Assembly: GCA_044892525.1 (NCBI GenBank)
Contig: CM097887.1
Location: 81,818,397 to 81,882,396 of the forward strand
Source of the DNA: Schmidtea polychroa
Lineage: Eukaryota
Reading direction: 5' to 3'
DNA: 64,000 bases
Part shown: positions 54,045 to 64,000 of the stretch, one piece after another
How positions within the stretch are numbered: the first letter of the stretch is position 1
How the letters are laid out: the number at the start of each line of letters is the position of its first letter
Made by a program: the position numbers and the translations under genes
Notes under the pieces: model-generated
Told to the model about the DNA's origin: nothing
Seen by the model: the letters and a program-made list of their open reading frames with translations, nothing else
Database searches by the model: none

Positions 54045-54229
54045 ATTTTTTCCTAAATAAATTTTATCACATCAACATTAATCTTGTCTTGTCCGTTTTT
54101 GTTTCTAGTATTAGAAAAATTCCAACAAAAAATCCTATTGATTGTCCGACTTGTGTATGGGTTGGATTTTGATTTTTTCGGTACAGAATGCCACTTTATA
54201 GATTTAAATAGAAATCTCTCAAATTGCAA

Positions 54230-54302
54230 GCCTTAGTAGCTCAGTGGTTAGAGCACTGGTCTAGTAAACCAGGGGTCGTGAGTTCAATTCTCACCGAAGG
54301 CA
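54230..54302 (+). tRNA. trnT: tRNA-Thr(AGT) variant C6A
   Basis: Starts GCCTTAG. Confidence 0.8.
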
Positions 54303-54487
54303 ATTTTTTCCTAAATAAATTTTATCACATCAACATTAATCTTGTCTTGTCCGTTTTTGTTTCTAGTATTAGAAAAATTCCAACAAAAAATCCTATTGAT
54401 TGTCCGACTTGTGTATGGGTTGGATTTTGATTTTTTCGGTACAGAATGCCACTTTATAGATTTAAATAGAAATCTCTCAAATTGCAA

Positions 54488-54560
54488 GCCTTCGTAGCTC
54501 AGTGGTTAGAGCACTGGTCTAGTAAACCAGGGGTCGTGAGTTCAATTCTCACCGAAGGCA
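54488..54560 (+). tRNA. trnT: tRNA-Thr(AGT)
   Basis: Consensus copy. Confidence 0.97.
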
Positions 54561-54766
54561 ATTTTTTCCTAAATAAATTTTATCACATCAACATAAATCT
54601 TGTCTTGTCCGTTTTTGTTTCTAGTATTACAAAAATTCCAACAAAAAATCCTATTGATTGTCCGACTTGTGTATGGGTTGGATTTTGATTTTTTCGGTAC
54701 AGAATGCCACTTTATAGATTTAAATAGAAATCTCTCAAATTGCAAGCCTTCGTAGCTCAGTGGTTA

Positions 54767-57043
54767 ATGGAAAAACACACAACGATGATGCAATCGCCTA
54801 CGAATGAATTACTCATCAATCTCAATCAAAAATTACCGAATTTTGGATTACTCAATTGCAAAATTGCAAAATCTTCAATCATGTCTATGTTGAAATCTCA
54901 AATTCAACAATCTCAAGCTATTTTGGACCTGATTTCAAAAGATTCTGAAGAACCTTCAATTCTGGAACCGGTTGAATCAATTAAAGAAATGCCAGAAGAT
55001 TCTTTGGAATGCTCAAAGGAAAAGATGCCACTCCTTTTAAATTTGCCTTTTCCAATTGAGGAAAGATTTCAGATACTGGAGAAGTCTATCGAATCTATAT
55101 CTGGTAGGATTGATTTGATTTCTAATTTTCTTAATGTTAATAATGATGACAATAATAAAAACTTTTTTATTAAAAATTTAAAAGTAAATAATATTTCAAA
55201 TAAGCATCTTCCTGTAATTTCTAACACTAAACCTGAAATTAATTCAAACTACTCTTCTAAATTAGTGGATAGTTCCGATAAATTGAAGGCGCCTTTTGTT
55301 GATGTTGAAATAGAGAAGTCGAAAACTCTGCATGTGGATTATAAGGGAAGTAATACTGCGTTTAAAGAGGATAATGATATAGATAGATCAACTCGTATTT
55401 TGACAAAAAAAGAACGAGCTAATTTTTTGAAGAGCTTTCCAAAGTTTATTAATTTAATCAAATTAGGTGAATCAAAATTTAAAGAGAATTTAATTAATTA
55501 TGAACTTAATTTAATAACTAAATCAAAATTAAACTTTAATATTAATAATTTTGAAAAGTTATATTTTGAAAATGGAAAGTTTTTTATTTCTATTTATAAC
55601 AAAAATGTAATGAGACCTGAGGTTAGGAATATGAAAGCTTTAATAAAACCTAAAATTATCTCTAGCAGTGGCCGAATTTTAAATAAAACTTTTATTTCAA
55701 GTTTAATTCGTACTGACAACAATTATAGTAAAATCTCTGCTTCTTTAGCAATTAAGAAATTTTTTTTTGCATTTTCTGACAAATTAGCTGCAACTGTTTC
55801 CATTAAAAATATTAATCAAAAGGGCTCTGTCATTAATAAAGAATTAGATTTACTAAAAAAAGAAAATAAACTTCCACAATTTTTAATAAATTCAGATATT
55901 AAATATCTAAATGGGGAATTTGTAATAAATGACATATTCAGTCCTTCAGAATCTCAAAATGAAGTTGTGAATCGCAGAGAGTTGTCTAGATCACAATTAA
56001 ATCAATTATTTAAAAGTCATCCAGAGCTGAAAGAGATGTGTTTTGTTGAAAACTCATCTAAATGTGCATCAAAATTGACTAATTTGTTACATAATTTAAA
56101 ATTAAATAATAACTTTCTTGAGAATATTGAGTTTGATTCAGGAAGGTTTTTCAAATCTAAAGAAACTGTAAATAATGAATCAATTGGTGCGTCTGACATC
56201 ATGTTTAACTTGGGACTGCTCAACTTCATTGACATTTCTAAGAAAAATGATGATTTTAAGGAACTTCTACTTTCAACTTCTTCTCCTCAAAAGCTGGTTG
56301 ATTTGATCTTTACGATAAATTATAAAATCTTGACGAAGGACATCAACTACTTGAACAATATTACCTATGGAAATTATGTCATGAATTATTTTATAAATAT
56401 TTTACTTTTACACTCTGTAGCTGATCTTGAAACTTGTGAATCTCTCACAATTGACGACTTTGATTATTGGAGCGCTGACATGATAGAAAAAATTCCTTCT
56501 TCGTCATATTACTCTCAAAGTTGCAAGGAAAAGTTACTTAAATATAGGCAGTGGAAACTAGAGGGGGAAGTTGATAAACTAAGAAATATTATTTCGCCTG
56601 AGACAATTAATGTTGTTAATAAATTTTTGATTTCATCGGATGACTCTAATAAATCTATTAAGGAAGCAACTTTGAGTTTAGATGAACAAATGGACAAAAT
56701 TAATACATTTAAACTAGGCGACAATGACCCAGACATTTTGAAATCTAAGCGGTTACTATACTTTATTTTGAGAGACAAGAAGTTGTTTCTAAGAAATAAC
56801 AGCAAAATCTTCCAATTACCTATGACATGCAAAAAAATATGCACTCCAAAAATGTCATTATGTATTCATGAACTCTTGGACTTTCTTAAGGGGATAGAAA
56901 ATCATTCATCTCCGATCTTTCCTACAATAGTTGACTCTCCATTGGTTATTGAATCACTTCCAACTGATATAGACGCTGAGACGGATACAATAAAATCTCG
57001 TACTCGAAATGGTCGAAGAAGAGCGTTATCCGATTCTAAATGA
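54767..57043 (+). CDS. ORF1 haplotype B, 758 aa
   Basis: Near-identical to copy 2 ORF1. Confidence 0.9.
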   Translation: MEKHTTMMQSPTNELLINLNQKLPNFGLLNCKIAKSSIMSMLKSQIQQSQAILDLISKDSEEPSILEPVESIKEMPEDSLECSKEKMPLLLNLPFPIEERFQILEKSIESISGRIDLISNFLNVNNDDNNKNFFIKNLKVNNISNKHLPVISNTKPEINSNYSSKLVDSSDKLKAPFVDVEIEKSKTLHVDYKGSNTAFKEDNDIDRSTRILTKKERANFLKSFPKFINLIKLGESKFKENLINYELNLITKSKLNFNINNFEKLYFENGKFFISIYNKNVMRPEVRNMKALIKPKIISSSGRILNKTFISSLIRTDNNYSKISASLAIKKFFFAFSDKLAATVSIKNINQKGSVINKELDLLKKENKLPQFLINSDIKYLNGEFVINDIFSPSESQNEVVNRRELSRSQLNQLFKSHPELKEMCFVENSSKCASKLTNLLHNLKLNNNFLENIEFDSGRFFKSKETVNNESIGASDIMFNLGLLNFIDISKKNDDFKELLLSTSSPQKLVDLIFTINYKILTKDINYLNNITYGNYVMNYFINILLLHSVADLETCESLTIDDFDYWSADMIEKIPSSSYYSQSCKEKLLKYRQWKLEGEVDKLRNIISPETINVVNKFLISSDDSNKSIKEATLSLDEQMDKINTFKLGDNDPDILKSKRLLYFILRDKKLFLRNNSKIFQLPMTCKKICTPKMSLCIHELLDFLKGIENHSSPIFPTIVDSPLVIESLPTDIDAETDTIKSRTRNGRRRALSDSK

Positions 57044-57049
57044 AGATGT

Positions 57050-60000
57050 GTGCCTGCATCAGTGAAAATATCTGCTCCGTTCTCATATGAAACTGATGCA
57101 GAATGCACAAATAAACTTTCTGAAATTGACCGAACACGCTGGTTTACTGATGATGAAATTGATTATTTCCTTCTACATCATATCAATAATCCAATGTTTA
57201 CCTTTATAAGATGTTTCATTGTTAGTATCTTATGTTCTGATATTGCTGAAAATGTTGTTGATCTTCCCAAAGCTATTTTTGAAGCTCAAGTAATTCTATG
57301 TCCACTCAACATTAACAACTCACATTGGGTCTTGTTTGTTTATTGTAAATCTTCATTAACTTCTTATTTTATCGATCCGATCTTGAAGAATAGAAATAGA
57401 TTAGTAAATAAGGAGAGAGCTGTTAAAATAAACAATGTATTAAATTGTACTTTCAATCTTGATTCATTAATAATTGAACACCCGTATAAAGATCTTGTTT
57501 ATCAAGATAATAATTACGATTGTGGTCCTTTCATTTGCGGTTATGCGATGATTGTATCGCAAGAATGGAGCTCAATTCCTAATACGTTTGTCGAATACAT
57601 TAGGAAACAATTGTTTCACTGTCAATCTATTTCTACTGTATCAGGAGGTGGCTTATCTAAAAATCATTTTCTCAATAAAATCAACTTCAAAAAGGCAATA
57701 AAACCTAAAAGCAAACCCATTATGAATGTCAAAATTATAAACCCTAATAATGAGAAAGCTTGTGTCTCATCTCTGATAAGCAAATGGTACGAAAAATATC
57801 CAAGTATATTAGTTCTTTCTCCCGAAATAACAAATAGTTTAATCAGTCAAAATGATAATTTTATAATTGAAAATATTACATTTTTGCAATTTAGAAACGT
57901 TGATCATATAATTTGTATAATTCCTAACGATAATTGCTGGTGTCTATTGTTTTGCTCAGTCAAATATGGACATAGTTATCTTTTTGATCTTAAACCTGGT
58001 TCGATTACTGAAAGATTGATAGGAATTTGTGAAAATATTACCGATTATTTGAATAAATTTACTCTAAATAAAAAGGTTTATTTTGAAAAGAATCAAAATG
58101 CTTTTCGTTTAAAAATTTCATCTGAAGATCCGTTTGAATATGCAGTTGGGTACATTGCCTTCTTAGAAAAATATCTTTTTAATAGAATATTTGATAGAGA
58201 TTATGTGATTAAAACTCTCAAACATATGAATGTGCAGCAGGCAATTGAAATTAACAAAAATTTAAATTTAATTAATTGCAAAATTACTGATAAAATTATA
58301 ACTAATTTTTTTAATAACTTGAAACATTCCTCAGATTTTATTTTACTTAATAATACAATGTGCACTGCAATTTATGAAGACTGTACTCAATATCTGAAAG
58401 ATTTTTTAAATATTGAGTATTTGATAAAAGCACAGGTTATTTTTTGTATTATGGCCCCTCCTAAAGCTCAAGAAATATTGTTTGTCATTGACTATAAAAC
58501 TGATGAGCATTACTTTCTCAATCCCTCAACTTTAATTACTAATTTTAATTATTTATTTACTAGTCAAACTTTGTTGCATAAAATCAACGAAATTAGAGAA
58601 TCGGCCGGTTGTTGTATAAAATCTGGTAATATTCCGCATGATGTTCGTGGTTCTGGCCTTGTGAGTCGTGTACTCATTTGTGCTTTTATAAAAAACTATA
58701 TTTCTGATTTATCTTTAGAGAACCTCAATTTATTTGATATAGGCAGTGTAATTACTTCTTTGTTACCTCCAATAACGGAAACGATCAAGGTTTCGAAAAA
58801 AGACTTAAATGTAAAAAAAGAAATTGAAAAACCTTCTTTGGAGCGTCGAATTGAGAAAATTAATCTCCTTTTATCAAATTTAGAAAACAGCAACGTTAAT
58901 GAAATCTGTAAGATAATCATTGACAATTCATTGCGTCAAAGATCAGATGACAAAACTATGATTCGTAGACCTTATCTGGGAAATAAACCTTCTTACGACA
59001 AACCTGACAAAAATATACTAATATCTGGCTTCCTATCTAATATGAAATTGACAGTGAATAAAATACTGGCTGATGAGAAAATTGATGAAAGACCTTCAAT
59101 AACTGACTACATTTCTAATTTCACTCATTCTGATCCTGTCATTAAATCTTACGATAAAGTGTTTAATTTCTGTCTGAGTTCTTTGTCAACTCTAGTTCTG
59201 AATCTAATTTCCACTGAAGATGTAAAGTTTGAAATTAAAAAAGCAGACAACACTTCTCCTGGACTTGATGATATCAAGTATAAAGATTTATCTATTTTTG
59301 ATCCTGAATACAAATTATTGACATTTTTCTTTAACAAAATAATAGTCGATAAAAATGTTCCAGAATGTTTAAAATCTTTCAAAACAATTATGATTCCGAA
59401 GCCTGATAAAGGTGACAAGTACACTTTAGTTTCTTCATGGCGACCAATAGCTCTATTGTCAGTCATTTACAAAGTGTTTGCGTCAGTGTTAGCTAGTCGT
59501 TTGACCAGTTGGGTGAAGGTCAATAATTTACTACACATTGGTCAGAAAGGAGGCTCAATCCACGACGGATGTGTTGAACATAACTCTGTTCTTTCTTCCT
59601 GCTTGGAACACTCAAAATACAGTAAAAACACTCCAATTGCTATAGCCTGGCTTGATATTAAAGACGCCTTTGGCAGTGTCCCTCATGATTACATGTGGAA
59701 AATCCTGCGTCGCGTTGGAGTCAGTGAGGAATTCACCAACATCTTGAAGCTGTTATATACCGATACAAGTTCTTTCTACACTTGTGGTCCAATTATTACA
59801 CCAAACATTGCCATTAAACAGGGTGTCAAACAAGGATGCCCTATTTCAATGATTTTGTTTGCAATTGCGATAAATCCTGTTCTTGAATCTGTTAGTCAAT
59901 CAAATGTGAAACCTTTCAAAATTGCTGGATCTTCGGTTCAAGTTCTTGCATATGCTGATGACATTGCACTTGTTGCAAATAATGTTTCCGATTTACAACG

Positions 60001-61588
60001 CATAATTGACATTGCAGTCGATACTGCTAATGAAATAGGTTTTGAATATCGACCTGAAAAGTGTGCTTTTCTTGAACTTCCAAATATTAACTCTGAAAGT
60101 AAAATCACAATCAATGGAATAAATATTAAGAAACTTTTACCAAACGAATTTTACCAATATCTGGGAGTTCCAGTCGGTGAGGAAACTGACCAAAGTCCTT
60201 ACGAGATTTTGAATAAAGTTATTGTTGATGCAAATAAAATTGCAGAATCTGACTTGTTGGGATGGCAAAAATTGAAAGCCTACAAAGTCTTTCTACACTC
60301 GCGCCTAATCTTTCCATTTAGAACGAGAGAAATAAAGATCAGTGCTCTTTCAACAACACAAGTTAATTGTACGAGTAAACTGAGAAGTATTCTAAGAAAG
60401 ATCTTGAATTTGCCCAACCATTCTGAGACCAGTTATCTTTACAACTCCATTGAAAATGGAGGTGCGTCTTGTATTGATCTTCTTGATGAATATCATACAC
60501 AGACGATTAGTCATTTTTTCCGACTCTTTACCTCTAATTGCATGTTCACTCGTAATATCAATATTGACTCTTTGAAATTCGTCACTGGTCCTCGACTGGG
60601 AATCAAGGAACCATCAATGCAAGAGAGTTTCAACTGGATAAATGGAGCTGAAAATATCAAAACTCATTCTGGAAAGAAAACGAGATTCTATCGACCTCGG
60701 ATAGCAATCAAGTACTTTCAAAGAACTCATGGTATTACCTTGTCTTTTGAAGTCGAGAAAAATGAGCCTGTTCTTCGATTTACAACTATCGAACGTGGTA
60801 CTTGTGTGTTGACAGCTTTGAATCGGAAAGCGATTTCTAAAATCATACATATTGCACTTTATGATGCTTATTTTTCTAAATGGAAATTAAGTAGCACGAG
60901 TGGATCTTGTGCTTATAGTTTATCACCGAAAATCAATAAAGCGATTTACAATGGCAATCTTCGTGAAAGTCCTTGGAAATTCATACATCGTGCACGTACA
61001 AACACATTGTCTACCTTTGCTAAACCTTATCGAAAACCTGATGATAGACTTTGTAGGCGTTGTCATATTGAAGAGGAAACACTTTGCCATGTTCTGCAAA
61101 CATGCAAAATTCACCAAATCCTTGCTCTTAAAAGACATAACGAATGCTTACGACTTATTACTGAGCAACTGAAAAATCCTTTTCTTATTGTTGTTATTGA
61201 CCACACTTGTTCACTTGTTGTTGACTCTAAGGAGCGAGTTGATTTAATGATAACGGATAATGATAAAAAGAAAATTTTCATGGTAGACGTCAAATGTCCT
61301 TTTGACACTCTACAGACCTTTGAAACGGTAGATAAAGGAAATTTGACAAAATACGATAATCTTCGACAGCAAATACAAGTTGCAAAGCCAAATTTTAAGG
61401 TGGAACTTTATACTTGTATCATTGGCTCATTAGGTTCTGTTCCACCAATGACATATGATGTGCTTGAGAAGATTGGAGTACCTAATCATAAAGTTGAATC
61501 TCTTGTAAGAGAATGTGCAATGAGCAATATAATGCACTCGGCTAAATCTTGGCATTACCATGCATATGGTATCTTACCAGGCTTCTAA
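57050..61588 (+). CDS. ORF2 protease-RT-RLE, 1512 aa
   Basis: All catalytic motifs present. Confidence 0.95.
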   Translation: MPASVKISAPFSYETDAECTNKLSEIDRTRWFTDDEIDYFLLHHINNPMFTFIRCFIVSILCSDIAENVVDLPKAIFEAQVILCPLNINNSHWVLFVYCKSSLTSYFIDPILKNRNRLVNKERAVKINNVLNCTFNLDSLIIEHPYKDLVYQDNNYDCGPFICGYAMIVSQEWSSIPNTFVEYIRKQLFHCQSISTVSGGGLSKNHFLNKINFKKAIKPKSKPIMNVKIINPNNEKACVSSLISKWYEKYPSILVLSPEITNSLISQNDNFIIENITFLQFRNVDHIICIIPNDNCWCLLFCSVKYGHSYLFDLKPGSITERLIGICENITDYLNKFTLNKKVYFEKNQNAFRLKISSEDPFEYAVGYIAFLEKYLFNRIFDRDYVIKTLKHMNVQQAIEINKNLNLINCKITDKIITNFFNNLKHSSDFILLNNTMCTAIYEDCTQYLKDFLNIEYLIKAQVIFCIMAPPKAQEILFVIDYKTDEHYFLNPSTLITNFNYLFTSQTLLHKINEIRESAGCCIKSGNIPHDVRGSGLVSRVLICAFIKNYISDLSLENLNLFDIGSVITSLLPPITETIKVSKKDLNVKKEIEKPSLERRIEKINLLLSNLENSNVNEICKIIIDNSLRQRSDDKTMIRRPYLGNKPSYDKPDKNILISGFLSNMKLTVNKILADEKIDERPSITDYISNFTHSDPVIKSYDKVFNFCLSSLSTLVLNLISTEDVKFEIKKADNTSPGLDDIKYKDLSIFDPEYKLLTFFFNKIIVDKNVPECLKSFKTIMIPKPDKGDKYTLVSSWRPIALLSVIYKVFASVLASRLTSWVKVNNLLHIGQKGGSIHDGCVEHNSVLSSCLEHSKYSKNTPIAIAWLDIKDAFGSVPHDYMWKILRRVGVSEEFTNILKLLYTDTSSFYTCGPIITPNIAIKQGVKQGCPISMILFAIAINPVLESVSQSNVKPFKIAGSSVQVLAYADDIALVANNVSDLQRIIDIAVDTANEIGFEYRPEKCAFLELPNINSESKITINGINIKKLLPNEFYQYLGVPVGEETDQSPYEILNKVIVDANKIAESDLLGWQKLKAYKVFLHSRLIFPFRTREIKISALSTTQVNCTSKLRSILRKILNLPNHSETSYLYNSIENGGASCIDLLDEYHTQTISHFFRLFTSNCMFTRNINIDSLKFVTGPRLGIKEPSMQESFNWINGAENIKTHSGKKTRFYRPRIAIKYFQRTHGITLSFEVEKNEPVLRFTTIERGTCVLTALNRKAISKIIHIALYDAYFSKWKLSSTSGSCAYSLSPKINKAIYNGNLRESPWKFIHRARTNTLSTFAKPYRKPDDRLCRRCHIEEETLCHVLQTCKIHQILALKRHNECLRLITEQLKNPFLIVVIDHTCSLVVDSKERVDLMITDNDKKKIFMVDVKCPFDTLQTFETVDKGNLTKYDNLRQQIQVAKPNFKVELYTCIIGSLGSVPPMTYDVLEKIGVPNHKVESLVRECAMSNIMHSAKSWHYHAYGILPGF

Positions 61589-62056
61589 TTATTAAAATTC
61601 GATTGAAAATAATTAATTTTGTTTCTCATATTAATTAAAAAAAAAAAAAAAAAAACTGTCATCATTATTTATTTAAAGCATTATGAGGAATTGAATATCA
61701 TTTTAATCTTGCCACTTATTAGTTTTGATAACCTAAACATGATAATAATCTTTTCAATTCATCATGAAGAGCTGAAACAAGAAATCTTTGCAGAAACCTA
61801 GAATGGCGCTTAATTAATTTGGCTCTAAAACTTCTGCAAGTGTTAAGCTAAGCCGGAAACGAATCTCCGATGAAATCCAATATGCCTGAGAAATTTCAAG
61901 AAACAAAGTGCTTTCGAGACGAGTATTCTCCCAACCGATATAATTATCATAGAGATTTTGATCACCCAAGTGCCGACATTTCTTGAATGGCTGTTCCAAG
62001 TTGAACGTTCTCAACAGATAAAAATCCAAAAACTTGTTATATTAATAAAATTTTAT

Positions 62057-62098
62057 CTAGTAAACCAGGGGTCGTGAGTTCAATTCTCACCGAAGGCA
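62057..62098 (+). pseudogene. 3' half of tRNA-Thr after copy 7; no full gene lies between copies 7 and 8
   Basis: nt 32-73, then one spacer, then the next junction. Confidence 0.95.
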
Positions 62099-62283
62099 AT
62101 TTTTTCCTAAATAAATTTTATCACATCAACATAAATCTTGTCTTGTCCGTTTTTGTTTCTAGTATTACAAAAATTCCAACAAAAAATCCTATTGATTGTC
62201 CGACTTGTGTATGGGTTGGATTTTGATTTTTTCGGTACAGAATGCCACTTTATAGATTTAAATAGAAACCTCTCAAATACTAA

Positions 62284-62304
62284 GCCCCTATAGCTCAGAG
62301 GTTA
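62284..62304 (+). pseudogene. 5' half of a different tRNA-like sequence (GCCCCTATAGCTCAGAGGTTA) at the copy 8 junction
   Basis: In 258-bp register but with 5 differences from the array tRNA in 21 nt and 4 more in the leader. Confidence 0.8.
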
Positions 62305-64000
62305 ATGGAAAAACACACAACGATGACGCAATCGCCTACGAATGAATTACTCATCAATCTCAATCAAAAATTACCGAATTTTGGATTACTCAATTGCAAA
62401 ATTGCAAAATCTTCAATCATGTCTATGTTGAAATCTCAAATTCAACAATCTCAAGCTATTTTGGACCTGATTTCAAAAGATTCTGAAGAACCTTCAATTC
62501 TGGAACCGGTTGAATCAATTAAAGAAATGCCAGAAGATTCTTTGGAATGCTCAAAGGAAAAGATGCCACTCCTTTTAAATTTGCCTTTTCCAATTGAGGA
62601 AAGATTTCAGATACTGGAGAAGTCTATCGAATCTATATCTGGTAGGATTGATTTGATTTCTAATTTTCTTAATGTTAATAATGATGACAATAATAAAAAC
62701 TTTTTTATTAAAAATTTAAAAGTAAATAATATTTCAAATAAGCATCTTCCTGTAATTTCTAACACTAAACCTGAAATTAATTCAAACTACTCTTCTAAAT
62801 TAGTGGATAGTTCCGATAAATTGAAGGCGCCTTTTGTTGATGTTGAAATAGAGAAGTCGAAAACTCTGCATGTGGATTATAAGGGAAGTAATACTGCGTT
62901 TAAAGAGGATAATGATATAGATAGATCAACTCGTATTTTGACAAAAAAAGAACGAGCTAATTTTTTGAAGAGCTTTCCAAAGTTTATTAATTTAATCAAA
63001 TTAGGTGAATCAAAATTTAAAGAGAATTTAATTAATTATGAACTTAATTTAATAACTAAATCAAAATTAAACTTTAATATTAATAATTTTGAAAAGTTAT
63101 ATTTTGAAAATGGAAAGTTTTTTATTTCTATTTATAACAAAAATGGAATGAGACCTGAGGTTAGGAATATGAAAGCTTTAATAAAACCTAAAATTATCTC
63201 TAGCAGTGGCCGAATTTTAAATAAAACTTTTATTTCAAGTTTAATTCGTACTGACAACAATTATAGTAAAATCTCTGCTTCTTTAGCAATTATGAAATTT
63301 TTATTTGCATTTTCTGACAAATTAGCTGCAACTGTTTCCATTAAAAATATTAATCAAAAGGGCTCTGTCATTAATAAAGAATTAGATTTACTAAAAAAAG
63401 AAAATAAACTTCCACAATTTTTAATAAATTCAGATATTAAATATCTAAATGGGGAATTTGTAATAAATGACATATTCAGTCCTTCAGAATCTCAAAATGA
63501 AGTTGTGAATCGCAGAGAGTTGTCTAGATCACAATTAAATCAATTATTTAAAAGTCATCCAGAGCTGAAAGAGATGTGTTTTGTTGAAAACTCATCTAAA
63601 TGTGCATCAAAATTGACTAATTTGTTACATAATTTAAAATTAAATAATAACTTTCTTGAGAATATTGAGTTTGATTCAGGAAGGTTTTTCAAATCTAAAG
63701 AAACTGTAAATAATGAATCAATTGGTGCGTCTGACATCATGTTTAACTTGGGACTGCTCAACTTCATTGACATTTCTAAGAAAAATGATGATTTTAAGGA
63801 ACTTCTACTTTCAACTTCTTCTCCTCAAAAGCTGGTTGATTTGATCTTTACGATAAATTATAAAATCTTGACGAAGGACATCAACTACTTGAACAACATT
63901 ACCTATGGAAATTATGTCATGAATTATTTTATAAATATTTTACTTTTACACTCTGTAGCTGATCTTGAAACTTGTGAATCTCTCACAATTGACGACTTTG
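62305..64000 (+). mobile_element. tRNA-Thr-specific RLE retrotransposon, copy 8 (5' part, cut by window end)
   Basis: ATGGAAAAACACACA start, haplotype B ORF1 sequence. Confidence 0.95.
62305..64000 (+). CDS. ORF1 haplotype B, partial (MEKHTTMTQ...)
   Basis: Matches the other haplotype B ORF1 copies to the window end; absent from the ORF track because no stop is reached. Confidence 0.85.
   Translation, partial: MEKHTTMTQSPTNELLINLNQKLPNFGLLNCKIAKSSIMSMLKSQIQQSQAILDLISKDSEEPSILEPVESIKEMPEDSLECSKEKMPLLLNLPFPIEERFQILEKSIESISGRIDLISNFLNVNNDDNNKNFFIKNLKVNNISNKHLPVISNTKPEINSNYSSKLVDSSDKLKAPFVDVEIEKSKTLHVDYKGSNTAFKEDNDIDRSTRILTKKERANFLKSFPKFINLIKLGESKFKENLINYELNLITKSKLNFNINNFEKLYFENGKFFISIYNKNGMRPEVRNMKALIKPKIISSSGRILNKTFISSLIRTDNNYSKISASLAIMKFLFAFSDKLAATVSIKNINQKGSVINKELDLLKKENKLPQFLINSDIKYLNGEFVINDIFSPSESQNEVVNRRELSRSQLNQLFKSHPELKEMCFVENSSKCASKLTNLLHNLKLNNNFLENIEFDSGRFFKSKETVNNESIGASDIMFNLGLLNFIDISKKNDDFKELLLSTSSPQKLVDLIFTINYKILTKDINYLNNITYGNYVMNYFINILLLHSVADLETCESLTIDDF

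Larger units (their letters stand above)
53487..54766 (+). repeat. tRNA-Thr array block 7 (3' half 53487-53528, 4 full genes, 5' half 54746-54766)
   Basis: 258-bp periodicity. Confidence 0.97.
54767..62056 (+). mobile_element. tRNA-Thr-specific RLE retrotransposon, copy 7 (both ORFs open, 45-bp 3' UTR deletion), 7290 bp
   Basis: Same junctions; CATGAAGA joined to GCTGAAAC at 61770/61771. Confidence 0.96.

Overview
This is AT-rich eukaryotic nuclear DNA with two components, both on the + strand. (1) A head-to-tail array of 258-bp units, each a 73-nt tRNA-Thr(AGT) gene (no encoded CCA, T6 Pol III terminator) plus a 185-bp spacer; 36 full-length genes are present, at least 9 with point variants. 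(2) Eight copies (7 complete at 7.27-7.33 kb, 1 cut by the window end; about 83% of the window) of a site-specific non-LTR retrotransposon with a restriction-like endonuclease (R2/NeSL-type). Each is inserted at the same position and orientation inside a tRNA-Thr gene, replacing tRNA nt 22-30 with no target-site duplication. The element has no 5' UTR of its own: the ORF1 ATG abuts tRNA nt 21. ORF1 (758 aa, unknown function, hypervariable middle) is separated from ORF2 (~1512 aa) by a single in-frame TGA followed 5 nt later by a 15-bp stem-loop, which suggests gag-pol-like stop-codon readthrough into a ~2273-aa polyprotein. ORF2 holds one intact and two degenerate Ulp1/C48 protease-like domains, RT (YADD), a CCHC knuckle and the RLE. 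One copy carries the 5' arm of a different tRNA at its 5' junction. The short ORFs over the tRNA repeats and on the minus strand are artefacts. I cannot tell without a database search whether this family is already described, and I cannot name the host species.
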